Source: an uncultured Gammaproteobacteria bacterium (GTDB lineage Bacteria; Patescibacteriota; Patescibacteriia; UBA9570; XYC2-FULL-38-9). Taken from it: DNA of 60,385 nucleotides. A program made the translations under genes and the position numbers. The stretch spans positions 1 to 60,385 of the forward strand of contig CAZBLE010000006.1 of NCBI GenBank assembly GCA_964492735.1, written 5' to 3'. Positions 15,886 to 23,966 of the stretch are shown piece after piece. The notes under the pieces are model-generated. The model had not been told where the DNA came from. It ran no database searches and saw nothing but the letters and a program-made list of their open reading frames with translations. Position 1 is the stretch's first letter. Every line of letters starts with the position of its first letter.

Positions 15886-17607
15886 ATGAATTTTTTGCAT
15901 AAAAAAAATCTTCGTCGTTCGTTTTTACTGCTTTTGTCACTCGCGTGTGTTTCACACCTTGCGACAGGTTCGGTATTCGCTGCATCATCAGTATCGACGA
16001 CAATCAAAGCCACAAAAATTCTATTGAATAAAAAAGGCTCTTCTATTTCAGCACAAGGTGCGCGGCCTGTTATTATTAAAGATGGATTAAAGGTGACAGG
16101 GGATATTACAGTAGGTGATGGAAAAACAGTTGATGGAGTGGATGTTGGAAATTTAGCTGCGACGGTTGCAGCATTGCAGTTAGGAACAGGAGGAGTTTCA
16201 TACACGGCCGGAACAGGTGTTTCTATTAGTGGTACAGCAATTAGCGCAACTCTTGGAACAAGCGTTGAATCAGCTGAGCTCACTGATGCGACAGTTACAG
16301 CTGATGATTTAGCAGATAATAGTGTTGGTGCGGGGGAGCTTGGAAATACTGCAATTCAAAATGGTGATATTGAAACTGCCGATCTTCCGAATGATTTAGC
16401 AATTTCTGGAGGTACAATCAATAACACAACGATTGGAGCAACAACAGCTTCAACAGGAAATTTTTCAAATCTTACGCTCAATGGAACCTCTCCGGTATTG
16501 CCCGTGCTCGGCTCTGTCCCAAAAGCAATTGTGAATAGGACTATTGATACAATAGGGCAAGGTCCTTCTACAACGATTGGAGTGGATGGTTTTCCGATTA
16601 TTTCCTATATTGATAGTACAAACCGTGATTTAAAAGTTGCACATTGTGAGAATGTGAATTGTAGCAGTTCGACTATTACAACAGTATCTGATGATGGACG
16701 GCTCTATACGGCTATTATTATTGGAGCAGATGGTTTGCCAGTGATTGTCTATGACCGATTTAGTTCCAATGGTGTTATGGTGGTAAAGTGTGGCAACACT
16801 GCCTGTTCTTCCGGAAACACCACCTCTGTTATTGAAGCAGTGAGTATACGTTTACCTTCAATAAGTATTGGAGCAGATGGTTTGCCAGTTCTGGCCTATA
16901 ATGAAGTGTCTGGTGCTGATTTAAAAGCTGTAAAATGTGGGAATACAGCGTGTTCTTCTGGAAATACTATTACAACGATTGATAATGATAGTATTGTTTC
17001 TTTTAGTCCAACAACGATTGTGGTGCCACCGGATGGACTACCGGTTATTGCATACCATAAATATAGTAGTGCATTTGATTTAAAAGTTGCAAAGTGCACA
17101 CTTGCAGATTGTTCAACAAGTACCACCGAAATTCTTGATACTCCAAATAATGTTGGACTCTATAGCTCGTTAACGATTGGTATTGATGGCTTGCCAATAG
17201 TGAGTTATTACGATGATTCGAATGATAATTTAATGATTGCAAAATGTGGTGATGCAACATGTACAAATGCATCTGCAACTATCACAACCGTTGATAGTAC
17301 TGGGAATGTCGGGTCTGGTAACACTATTACGATTGGGCCTGATGGGTTTCCGATTGTTGCGTATATGGATGAGACAAATGGTTATATAAAAGTACTCAAA
17401 TGCAGCACATTGAGCTGCGCAACGGGAAATACAACAACTGCAGTAGTGAATCTTAACACAACATCATTTTTCTACGTGCATATACTTTCTCTAACAATGG
17501 GTAGGAATAATTTGCCATTTATTGCGTACTTCCACCAAGGAGATGAAAGTCTGAGAACGGCGGCTCTTGGTAGTATTTTTGGTAGTGGGTATTTTATCCG
17601 CAGGTAG
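15886..17607 (+). CDS. Secreted surface protein: signal peptide, fibre-like G/T/S-rich region, seven-blade repeat domain with conserved Cys pairs
   Basis: Signal peptide MNFLHKKNLRRSFLLLLSLACVSHLATGSVFA. The repeat unit is IGxDGxPxIxYxDxxxxxLKxxKCxxxxCxxxxxT. Confidence 0.7.
   Translation: MNFLHKKNLRRSFLLLLSLACVSHLATGSVFAASSVSTTIKATKILLNKKGSSISAQGARPVIIKDGLKVTGDITVGDGKTVDGVDVGNLAATVAALQLGTGGVSYTAGTGVSISGTAISATLGTSVESAELTDATVTADDLADNSVGAGELGNTAIQNGDIETADLPNDLAISGGTINNTTIGATTASTGNFSNLTLNGTSPVLPVLGSVPKAIVNRTIDTIGQGPSTTIGVDGFPIISYIDSTNRDLKVAHCENVNCSSSTITTVSDDGRLYTAIIIGADGLPVIVYDRFSSNGVMVVKCGNTACSSGNTTSVIEAVSIRLPSISIGADGLPVLAYNEVSGADLKAVKCGNTACSSGNTITTIDNDSIVSFSPTTIVVPPDGLPVIAYHKYSSAFDLKVAKCTLADCSTSTTEILDTPNNVGLYSSLTIGIDGLPIVSYYDDSNDNLMIAKCGDATCTNASATITTVDSTGNVGSGNTITIGPDGFPIVAYMDETNGYIKVLKCSTLSCATGNTTTAVVNLNTTSFFYVHILSLTMGRNNLPFIAYFHQGDESLRTAALGSIFGSGYFIRR
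16570..17607 (+). repeat. Seven tandem coding repeats of about 46-52 aa (propeller-blade-like); six contain a C-x4-C pair
   Basis: Examples: LKVAHCENVNCSSST, VVKCGNTACSSGNT, AVKCGNTACSSGNT, VAKCTLADCSTST, IAKCGDATCTNAS, VLKCSTLSCATGNT. The last unit is degenerate and lacks the Cys pair. Confidence 0.75.
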
Positions 17608-17644
17608 CCTGTTCGTGGTTTTATAGTGTGCTATACTCGTTTCC

Positions 17645-19021
17645 ATGATTTCACCATGGATTCACCAACTGAACCGAACACGACCTGCTGCAGAACTGTC
17701 TGAAAATGCTATTGCTGATGTTGTTGTGATTGGCGCAGGGATTGCTGGAGTGACAACAGCTTACTATATATTGAAAAACACCACGCACCGCGTCTTTCTC
17801 ATTGAAGCGGGGAAAGTTGCGCATGGTGCAACTGGGCACAACGCAGGGCAAATTGCGAGTTATTTTGAACGCACGTTTGCAGACATTGCAGATGAGTTTG
17901 GCTTGGAGCTTGCGGCTCGTGGCCAAGAGTCGATTGATAACGCGTGGATTTTGCTTGAAGAAATTTTGCGTGATACAGCAATTCCAGCGCCACTCTGGCC
18001 GGTGACCGGGTATGCAGGAATTTCAAGTTCGGAATTGCTCGCGACCTATCTTGAAGATACCTATTTAAAACATTCAGCTGGTATTCAAGCAGAAGATCTA
18101 TTGATTGCAGATACAGTTGATCTCATAACAATTCCAGAAAAATACCACGGTCATTATACGGTATTGCCGCTCGCTGACATTCAGTCACTCCTGAACACAA
18201 ATGACCCAGAGTATATCGCCGCCTTGCGCGGTCGGAAAGGGTGTATGAATAGCGCGCTGTTTTGTGAAGAGCTGGTTCAATGGATGCTTGAGAATTATGC
18301 GGAGCGTTTACGCCTTGCTGAACACTCTCCGGTGCAACTTGTTCAATGTATGGCTGATGGTGTGATTGTGCATGCCAATGGTTTTACGATTCCAGCACAA
18401 TACGCAGTGCTTTGCACAAATGGTTTCGAGCATTTTGCAATTGAAAGTGAGAACAATCCAACACTCAATACAGATTTTCATTCGATGATTCATGGTACAA
18501 TTGGCTATATGGCTGCGTATCTTGACGAACAGGATCAGCCGCCAGCTGCGATGAGTTATTTAGAGCTTGTTGAATCGGCAGAGTCGCGTGACTCTGAGCC
18601 ACCGGCGTATATTTATTTAACACGCCGGCCGTTTGAACTCGAGGCTGATAAAAAACATAATTTGATTTGTATCGGTGGACCAGAGGAGTACCTGGAAGAT
18701 CATCGAGAATATTCACCAGACATGGCATATCGAGATCTTTCGTTAGTCGAGATGACAGAGTTTTTACAGAAAACTGTGCGTGATGCGCCGACAGATCCAA
18801 AGTATACATATCAATGGCATGGCCTGATGGGGTATACGCGCAATAATATGCGTCGGGTTGGACCGGAGCCAACTGAATCACGCCTGCTGTATAACCTTGG
18901 ATGTAATGGTGTTGGAATTTTACCGTCTATTTTTGGCGGGCACCGAATTGCGCGGTATTTAAATAATGAGTCTGTTGAGCCGTCAATCTTTGATGTCCCA
19001 AATCAATTATCATCTGTATGA
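17645..19021 (+). CDS. FAD-dependent oxidoreductase (DAO family)
   Basis: Dinucleotide-binding motif VVVIGAGIAGVTTAYYIL. 458 aa. Confidence 0.75.
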   Translation: MISPWIHQLNRTRPAAELSENAIADVVVIGAGIAGVTTAYYILKNTTHRVFLIEAGKVAHGATGHNAGQIASYFERTFADIADEFGLELAARGQESIDNAWILLEEILRDTAIPAPLWPVTGYAGISSSELLATYLEDTYLKHSAGIQAEDLLIADTVDLITIPEKYHGHYTVLPLADIQSLLNTNDPEYIAALRGRKGCMNSALFCEELVQWMLENYAERLRLAEHSPVQLVQCMADGVIVHANGFTIPAQYAVLCTNGFEHFAIESENNPTLNTDFHSMIHGTIGYMAAYLDEQDQPPAAMSYLELVESAESRDSEPPAYIYLTRRPFELEADKKHNLICIGGPEEYLEDHREYSPDMAYRDLSLVEMTEFLQKTVRDAPTDPKYTYQWHGLMGYTRNNMRRVGPEPTESRLLYNLGCNGVGILPSIFGGHRIARYLNNESVEPSIFDVPNQLSSV

Positions 19022-19716
19022 AAAAAACTTCTTGGGATCAAGAATATGAAAAGCCTGTATTAATGACAGGAAGCACAACAGCGCAGCCATCTGTTTTAAA
19101 ATTATTGCGCTTACTCAAAAAGCAATATGATTTTCGAGTTGAAGATAAACGGATTCTTGATTTTGCGTGTGGAACAGGGCGACTAGCGATTGATCTTGCA
19201 CAGCGCGGTGCAACAGTTTCTGGTTTTGATATCTCTGGCATCGCGATTGAGCAGGCTCGCAAAATGGCCCATGAGCACGGTTTGAGAATTGACCTCAAGC
19301 AATTTGAGTGGAATGCGCGGGCCACGATTGACGAGCGTGAGGCATATTTTGATGGTGTGATCATGAATATGGCGTTTCATTTATTTGATGCAGCAGGGCG
19401 TACGCATGCGCTGCAAGAAATTCATCGTATTCTTCGGCCACGTGGTTTTGTGGTTATTCGGACGCTGGCAGTAGAAGGGGATACGAATGCAAAGCAGTTG
19501 CTCGTAGATCACCCATCACCGCAAGATCCAGGCTCATACCGCATGCCAGACATGAAGCATGACGAGCATCCATTCTCACGCACAGAACTAATGGAGTTGT
19601 TTGGTGCTACAGGCAACTGGACTGTTGTGCATATCCAAAAAGTGACAGGGCACCCACGATTTAATGGCAAGATCTATAAAAGACAGTATTGGGAAGTGAT
19701 TGCACAAAAAGCATAG
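19018..19716 (+). CDS. Class I SAM-dependent methyltransferase
   Basis: ILDFACGTGRLAIDLAQRGATVSGFDIS (motif I plus acidic post-I). ATGA overlap with the upstream gene. Confidence 0.75.
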   Translation: MKKTSWDQEYEKPVLMTGSTTAQPSVLKLLRLLKKQYDFRVEDKRILDFACGTGRLAIDLAQRGATVSGFDISGIAIEQARKMAHEHGLRIDLKQFEWNARATIDEREAYFDGVIMNMAFHLFDAAGRTHALQEIHRILRPRGFVVIRTLAVEGDTNAKQLLVDHPSPQDPGSYRMPDMKHDEHPFSRTELMELFGATGNWTVVHIQKVTGHPRFNGKIYKRQYWEVIAQKA

Positions 19717-19776
19717 ATTTTTGTGATGAGGACCGTAGGTTTGTAGATATCCTTATTTTTCGGTATGATTTCAATC

Positions 19777-19881
19777 ATGCGCCAACAAATAAGATATCAA
19801 TATAGTCGTTATGCTGCTGATAGTATTGTTTTTTTATTGCTAGGGTTTGCTATTTTTATGGTATCGAGGAGTTGCGGATAA
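19777..19881 (+). other. Short ORF encoding the missing first transmembrane helix of the NOX-like gene, in a different frame
   Basis: MRQQIRYQYSRYAADSIVFLLLGFAIFMVSRSCG-stop. Removing one T from the T5 run at 19853-19857 fuses it to the downstream frame, giving ...LLLGFAILWYRGVADNN.... Confidence 0.5.
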
Positions 19882-21103
19882 CAACGTATTTACAACAACA
19901 GAATCAACCCTGACAGCAATCGGGCAGGTCCTTGGCTTCATTGGTATTGTATTATTCGCGTTGAATTTGATTATCAGCGCGCGGTTTATATGGCTTGAAG
20001 GACTCTTTGGAGGTCTGAATCGTTTGTATATTCAACATAGTCGTTACGGTCAATGGGCATTTATTGCATTATTGTTTCACCCATTGCTCTTGGTTTTTCA
20101 ATATAGCGGCGGGTCATTTGTGCTCGCAATCAAGTTTTTGTTGCCGAGCGATAATGTACCACTGACATTTGGCATCATCGGTCTGTATTCAATGATTGCA
20201 TTAATTGCATTGACGCTCTATATTCGTCCGCATTATCACTTATGGAAATGGCTGCATAAATTATTTGGTGTGGCATTTTTCTTTGGAGGATTGCATGTGT
20301 TATTAATTCCAAGTTCTTTGAGTCAATATGCGCCATTAAAAATCTATATCTTAACGATCGTTGTCTTAGGTTTGTCGGCGTATGTGTACCGCAGTCTGCT
20401 CGCGCAGTTTTTCGTGCGCCAATATCGATATACGGTGTTGAGTGTAACACCATTAAATAACATGATTACACGCGTTCTTTTAAAGCCCGTCGCACAGCCC
20501 ATGAATCATCGGGCTGGGCAATTTTTGTTTATTCGATTTATTGACCATGATGTATCTGCTGAAGCACATCCATTTAGTATTGTGTCAGAGCCGGGCGCAG
20601 AATTTTTAGAAATTGCTGTAAAAAATAGTGGTGATTATACGGCAAGGCTGAATCAGTTGTCGGCAGGGTCCGAAGCTTTTCTTGAAGGGCCATTCGGCTA
20701 TTTTTTCGTGCCCAATGGGGCGGTGCAAAAACAAGTCTGGGTTGCCGGAGGAATTGGGATCACGCCATTCATGGGTCGGGTGCGTTTAATGGCACAGTCA
20801 GGCCTATCTGAAGGGGAGTCTATTGATTTCTATTATTGTGTGCGAAATAGTACTGAAACAGTGTATCTTGATGAGCTGCGTGCACTCGAACAATTATTTC
20901 CCGGCCGATTTCGTGTCATTGTTTTTGCATCTGATACAGAAGGCCGCATTACTGCAGAAACGATTGCAGAGCGCTCTGGAGGACTTACAGAGACAGATGT
21001 GTTTATGTGCGCACCACCTGCCATGATTCACAGTTTAAAGAAACAATTTCGAGCGATCGGTGTTTCAAAAGCTGCGCTGCATTCAGAAGAATTTTCGTTG
21101 TAA
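19847..21103 (+). CDS. NOX-like membrane oxidoreductase: ferric-reductase transmembrane domain plus FAD-binding and NAD(P)H-binding FNR-like domains
   Basis: Bis-His heme motifs HSRYGQWAFIALLFH (H-x13-H) and HKLFGVAFFFGGLH (H-x12-H). FAD motif HPFSIVS, NAD(P)H motif VAGGIGITPF, and C-terminal MCAPPAM. Only 5 TM helices lie in this frame; the sixth is in the 19777 frame. Confidence 0.8.
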   Translation: MLFLWYRGVADNNVFTTTESTLTAIGQVLGFIGIVLFALNLIISARFIWLEGLFGGLNRLYIQHSRYGQWAFIALLFHPLLLVFQYSGGSFVLAIKFLLPSDNVPLTFGIIGLYSMIALIALTLYIRPHYHLWKWLHKLFGVAFFFGGLHVLLIPSSLSQYAPLKIYILTIVVLGLSAYVYRSLLAQFFVRQYRYTVLSVTPLNNMITRVLLKPVAQPMNHRAGQFLFIRFIDHDVSAEAHPFSIVSEPGAEFLEIAVKNSGDYTARLNQLSAGSEAFLEGPFGYFFVPNGAVQKQVWVAGGIGITPFMGRVRLMAQSGLSEGESIDFYYCVRNSTETVYLDELRALEQLFPGRFRVIVFASDTEGRITAETIAERSGGLTETDVFMCAPPAMIHSLKKQFRAIGVSKAALHSEEFSL

Positions 21104-21106
21104 TAT

Positions 21107-21466
21107 ATGAAATACCTCACACTCGCTGCTATGATCATTTTCACGCTGACTGTTGGAACAGTTGGTCTCTTGAGCTTGCTGTTTCCGAATGCAACCTATG
21201 CACCAACCTCATCTGCAAATGCAAATCAAGCAGCGCAACCAACCTTTACTGCAAAGCAAGTCTCACAGCACGCAAAAAAAACCGACTGTTATTTAATCGT
21301 GAAGGGAGTTGTCTATGACGTGACGTCATATATTGGCGCGCATCCAGGAGGAGCAGGGGAGATTACAAGTCGTTGCGGCGGCGAAGTAACAAGTATATTC
21401 ACTTCAATTCATTCAAATGCAGCCTGGAACCTGCTTGGAAAATATGAGGTAGGAAAATTACAATAG
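21107..21466 (+). CDS. Exported or membrane-anchored cytochrome b5-like heme-binding domain protein
   Basis: N-terminal hydrophobic segment, then CYLIVKGVVYDVTSYIGAHPGG...SIHS (HPGG and HS heme ligands). Starts 3 nt after the NOX-like stop. Confidence 0.8.
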   Translation: MKYLTLAAMIIFTLTVGTVGLLSLLFPNATYAPTSSANANQAAQPTFTAKQVSQHAKKTDCYLIVKGVVYDVTSYIGAHPGGAGEITSRCGGEVTSIFTSIHSNAAWNLLGKYEVGKLQ

Positions 21467-21480
21467 ACCGCGCGAGTTTG

Positions 21481-22152
21481 TTATCGTGTGAATATTGAAT
21501 AGAGTGCAATCGCAGCAGCGTGGGTGACATTCAGTGATTCAAGGGTTTCGTTATGTTCAATAACGAGGGAAGTGCCGCTAATGTCCATTGTGATGCCGTG
21601 TCCTTCAGAGCCGAGAATAATCACTGGTCGTGTTGCGACTGTTGCTTGTTGCAAGGCAATGCTTTCAGGTCGCTTTTCAATGCGGTACACTGGTCGCTCT
21701 AAGGCCGTAATGAATTCAACTGCCTTTCCGCGAGTCATACTCATCCATGGAACGTGAAAGAGTGCGCCACTACTTGCACGCACAACCTTTGAGCTCGTAA
21801 TATCAGCTGACTCAATCGCAATAATTGCACCATCAAATGCAAGGGCAAGGCGTAATAATGTACCGACGTTCCCTGGATCTTGCACACCGTCTAATACAAC
21901 GACCACAGATTGATTTTGGATGTCATCGAGCGTCCATTCCGGAATGCGTGCCACTGCCGCAATGGGTTGAGGGTGTTCGGTTGTGACAAGTGTTTCAAAT
22001 TTAAAGCTATCGTTTCCCGTAAATGTCCATTCAATATAGCTCTTTGCTTCTGCGACTGGGATTTCACCTTCGACTAATAGGAGGTTGTTTTCTCGACGAC
22101 CTTTTTTTGTGTGGAGTTTTTTAATCAGTGATTCTTGGGCTTTTGTGAGCAT
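21481..22152 (-). CDS. TrmH/SpoU-family RNA 2'-O-methyltransferase
   Basis: VVVLDGVQDPGNVGTLLRLALAFD, IILGSEGHGI, ESLNVTHAAAIALY. Confidence 0.85.
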   Translation of the reverse strand: MLTKAQESLIKKLHTKKGRRENNLLLVEGEIPVAEAKSYIEWTFTGNDSFKFETLVTTEHPQPIAAVARIPEWTLDDIQNQSVVVVLDGVQDPGNVGTLLRLALAFDGAIIAIESADITSSKVVRASSGALFHVPWMSMTRGKAVEFITALERPVYRIEKRPESIALQQATVATRPVIILGSEGHGITMDISGTSLVIEHNETLESLNVTHAAAIALYSIFTR

Positions 22153-22204
22153 AAGATGAGTGTGTTATGATAATTTCGCAGTTCCTACTATTTATAACAC
22201 ATTT

Positions 22205-22705
22205 ATGAAATATACACTTTCTATTGCCTTGTTCAGCGCTTTGCTGCTCATGGGCGCATCTTGTGGTAAAACCGCAGATACAACAACAAATACAACAGAG
22301 TCAGCAATAGCGAATGCTCAAGCAGCTGCTTCTGTGACAACAAATTCTACGAATACAGCAGTAAATACAACTACTCCAACAAATACCAACACAAATAAAA
22401 CAGCTGGTGTGACGACTACAACAAATGACGCTCAAGCAGGTCTTGAAGAGCCAGCGGCGGCTGCAAGTGGCATTTCAGCCAGTGATATTGCAAAACACAA
22501 CACAAAATCAGATTGTTGGACAAGTATTTCTGGAAAAGTGTATGACGTGACGAAGTACATCGCGAAGCATCCAGGTGGTCAGGTGATTACACAAATATGC
22601 GGAAAAGAGGGTACGCAGCTATTTGCAACACAAGGTGGACGTGGGCAACACAGCGGCACAGCTCGATCTCAACTTGCGACATTTGAGATCGGAACATTGC
22701 AATAA
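22205..22705 (+). CDS. Exported (possibly lipoprotein) cytochrome b5-like heme-binding domain protein with T/N-rich linker
   Basis: MKYTLSIALFSALLLMGASCGK signal peptide, low-complexity TTNT linker, then CWTSISGKVYDVTKYIAKHPGG...QHSGTA. Confidence 0.8.
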   Translation: MKYTLSIALFSALLLMGASCGKTADTTTNTTESAIANAQAAASVTTNSTNTAVNTTTPTNTNTNKTAGVTTTTNDAQAGLEEPAAAASGISASDIAKHNTKSDCWTSISGKVYDVTKYIAKHPGGQVITQICGKEGTQLFATQGGRGQHSGTARSQLATFEIGTLQ

Positions 22706-22757
22706 CCAAGTCTCAAAAATTGTCAAATTGACTGTTGATATCTTTTTGGCCTTTTTC

Positions 22758-22785
22758 TTGAGGTTTTTGGCACATTTGCTATAAT
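22758..22785 (+). promoter_or_regulatory. Extended -10 promoter upstream of HU (TTGAGG-16 nt-TGC-TATAAT)
   Basis: TATAAT at 22780-22785 is preceded by TGC. The -35-like hexamer is at 22758-22763. Confidence 0.55.
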
Positions 22786-22816
22786 ACCTTCAGCTAATTC
22801 ACTTAAACGAAGTCAT

Positions 22817-23101
22817 ATGCGAAAACCAATGACAAAGAGTCAGTTCGTCGCTCACCTCTCTGAGAAGTCAGGAATGAGTAAAAAAGAAGTTACAGCAATG
22901 TGGGAATTGCTTGTTGAAACTATCTACGACGAAACAAAACAAGCCGGAATGTGCACATTACCAGGCGTTGGTAAAATGGTGTTACAACAACGTGCAGCGC
23001 GCCAAGGCCGCAATCCTGCAACAGGCGAAACTATCAACATTCCTGCAAAGACAGTGTTGAAATTCCGTGTTGCAAAACAAGCGAAAGACGCAATTCTGTA
23101 A
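22817..23101 (+). CDS. hup: HU-family nucleoid-associated DNA-binding protein
   Basis: MTKSQFVAHLSEKSGMSKKEV...RQGRNPATGETINIPAKTVLKFRVAKQAKDAI. The start may be the ATG at 22829. Confidence 0.9.
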   Translation: MRKPMTKSQFVAHLSEKSGMSKKEVTAMWELLVETIYDETKQAGMCTLPGVGKMVLQQRAARQGRNPATGETINIPAKTVLKFRVAKQAKDAIL

Positions 23102-23122
23102 TTCATCTCACAATTCAGAAGC

Positions 23123-23148
23123 AAAAACCGGGCATGCCCCGGTTTTTT
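23123..23148 (+). terminator. Intrinsic terminator after HU
   Basis: AACCGGG-catgc-CCCGGTT followed by TTTTTT. Confidence 0.85.
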
Positions 23149-23204
23149 GTTTGTTGTATCTACTTTTAAAAAAGTGAAAGTGTCGATAGAGAGTTGTGCC
23201 AAAT

Positions 23205-23234
23205 AAAAAATCGGACAGAGGAGTCCGATTTTTT
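23205..23234. terminator. Bidirectional intrinsic terminator serving the minus-strand Lys-rich gene
   Basis: AAAAAATCGGAC-agagga-GTCCGATTTTTT. Confidence 0.8.
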
Positions 23235-23242
23235 ATGTAAGA

Positions 23243-23452
23243 CTATTTCTTACGTTTCGCTGGTTTTCGTTTAGCGACTTTCTTTACTGCTTTCTTCACT
23301 ACTTTTTTAGCGACTTTCTTTTTCGCCACCTTTTTCTTTGCTGGTTTTTTCGCTACTTTCTTTTTCACTACTTTTTTAACAGCTTTTTTTGCAGGTTTGC
23401 GAACAACTTTTTTCTTCGCAGGTTTTTTTGTTGCTTTTTTCTTTGTTGCCAT
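23243..23452 (-). CDS. Histone H1-like lysine/alanine-rich basic protein (69 aa)
   Basis: MATKKKATKKPAKKKVVRKPAKKAVKKVVKKKVAKKPAKKKVAKKKVAKKVVKKAVKKVAKRKPAKRKK. A GGGGG Shine-Dalgarno sequence lies 8 nt upstream of the ATG at 23452. The upstream part of the track ORF is not needed. Confidence 0.7.
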   Translation of the reverse strand: MATKKKATKKPAKKKVVRKPAKKAVKKVVKKKVAKKPAKKKVAKKKVAKKVVKKAVKKVAKRKPAKRKK

Positions 23453-23561
23453 TTGAAACACCCCCTTTCTTAAAAATGATACATATAGTATACCGTGCAT
23501 GTGCAATCACGAATAGAACAAAACGCATGCAAACTGTGGAAAACTTTTGTTGACGCTGCTG

Positions 23562-23603
23562 ATACCTTATGTTACAAGGTATATACCTCATAAGATAAGG
23601 TAT
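23562..23603. promoter_or_regulatory. Two abutting 21-bp palindromes (ATACCTT-N7-AAGGTAT and ATACCT-N9-AGGTAT) just upstream of padR; candidate PadR operators
   Basis: 23562-23582 ataccttatgttacaaggtat and 23583-23603 atacctcataagataaggtat. They overlap a TATATA/TATAAA -10 element 4-6 nt from the ATG at 23613. Confidence 0.6.
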
Positions 23604-23612
23604 ATAAATACT

Positions 23613-23957
23613 ATGAAATTTGAACCAGAATTATTAAAAGGCAGTACAAAAAATATTATTCTCGCAATTCTTCTAAAAGAAGATATGCATGGATATCAAA
23701 TGATTCGCGAAATTCGTGATCGAACACGTGAGTTATTAGAATATGGAGAGGGAAGTATTTATCCCGCATTGCATTTATTAGAACAAGAAAAATATGTGAA
23801 GAGTTATTGGGCGCAAGCAGAAAATGGACGCGATCGAAAATACTACAGCATCACAGCGAAAGGAAAGAAAAAACTACGTGTTGCAGTGAAAGAATGGAAG
23901 TTGTATAGCGATGCTGTTGATTCTTTGTTGAAAGGCTTGCGTTTGATTCAGTCGTAA
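23613..23957 (+). CDS. PadR-family transcriptional regulator
   Basis: LLKGSTKNIILAILLKEDMHGYQMIREI...GSIYPALHLLEQEKYVKSYW...RKYYSITAKGKK. Confidence 0.9.
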   Translation: MKFEPELLKGSTKNIILAILLKEDMHGYQMIREIRDRTRELLEYGEGSIYPALHLLEQEKYVKSYWAQAENGRDRKYYSITAKGKKKLRVAVKEWKLYSDAVDSLLKGLRLIQS

Positions 23958-23966
23958 GTTGATAGC

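Noticed and set aside
23243-23452. Periodic AAA/AAG/GCx repeats that look like a tandem DNA repeat.
   Set aside because: The periodicity is explained by the K/A/V-rich coding sequence of the H1-like protein. It is not a non-coding satellite or an array.
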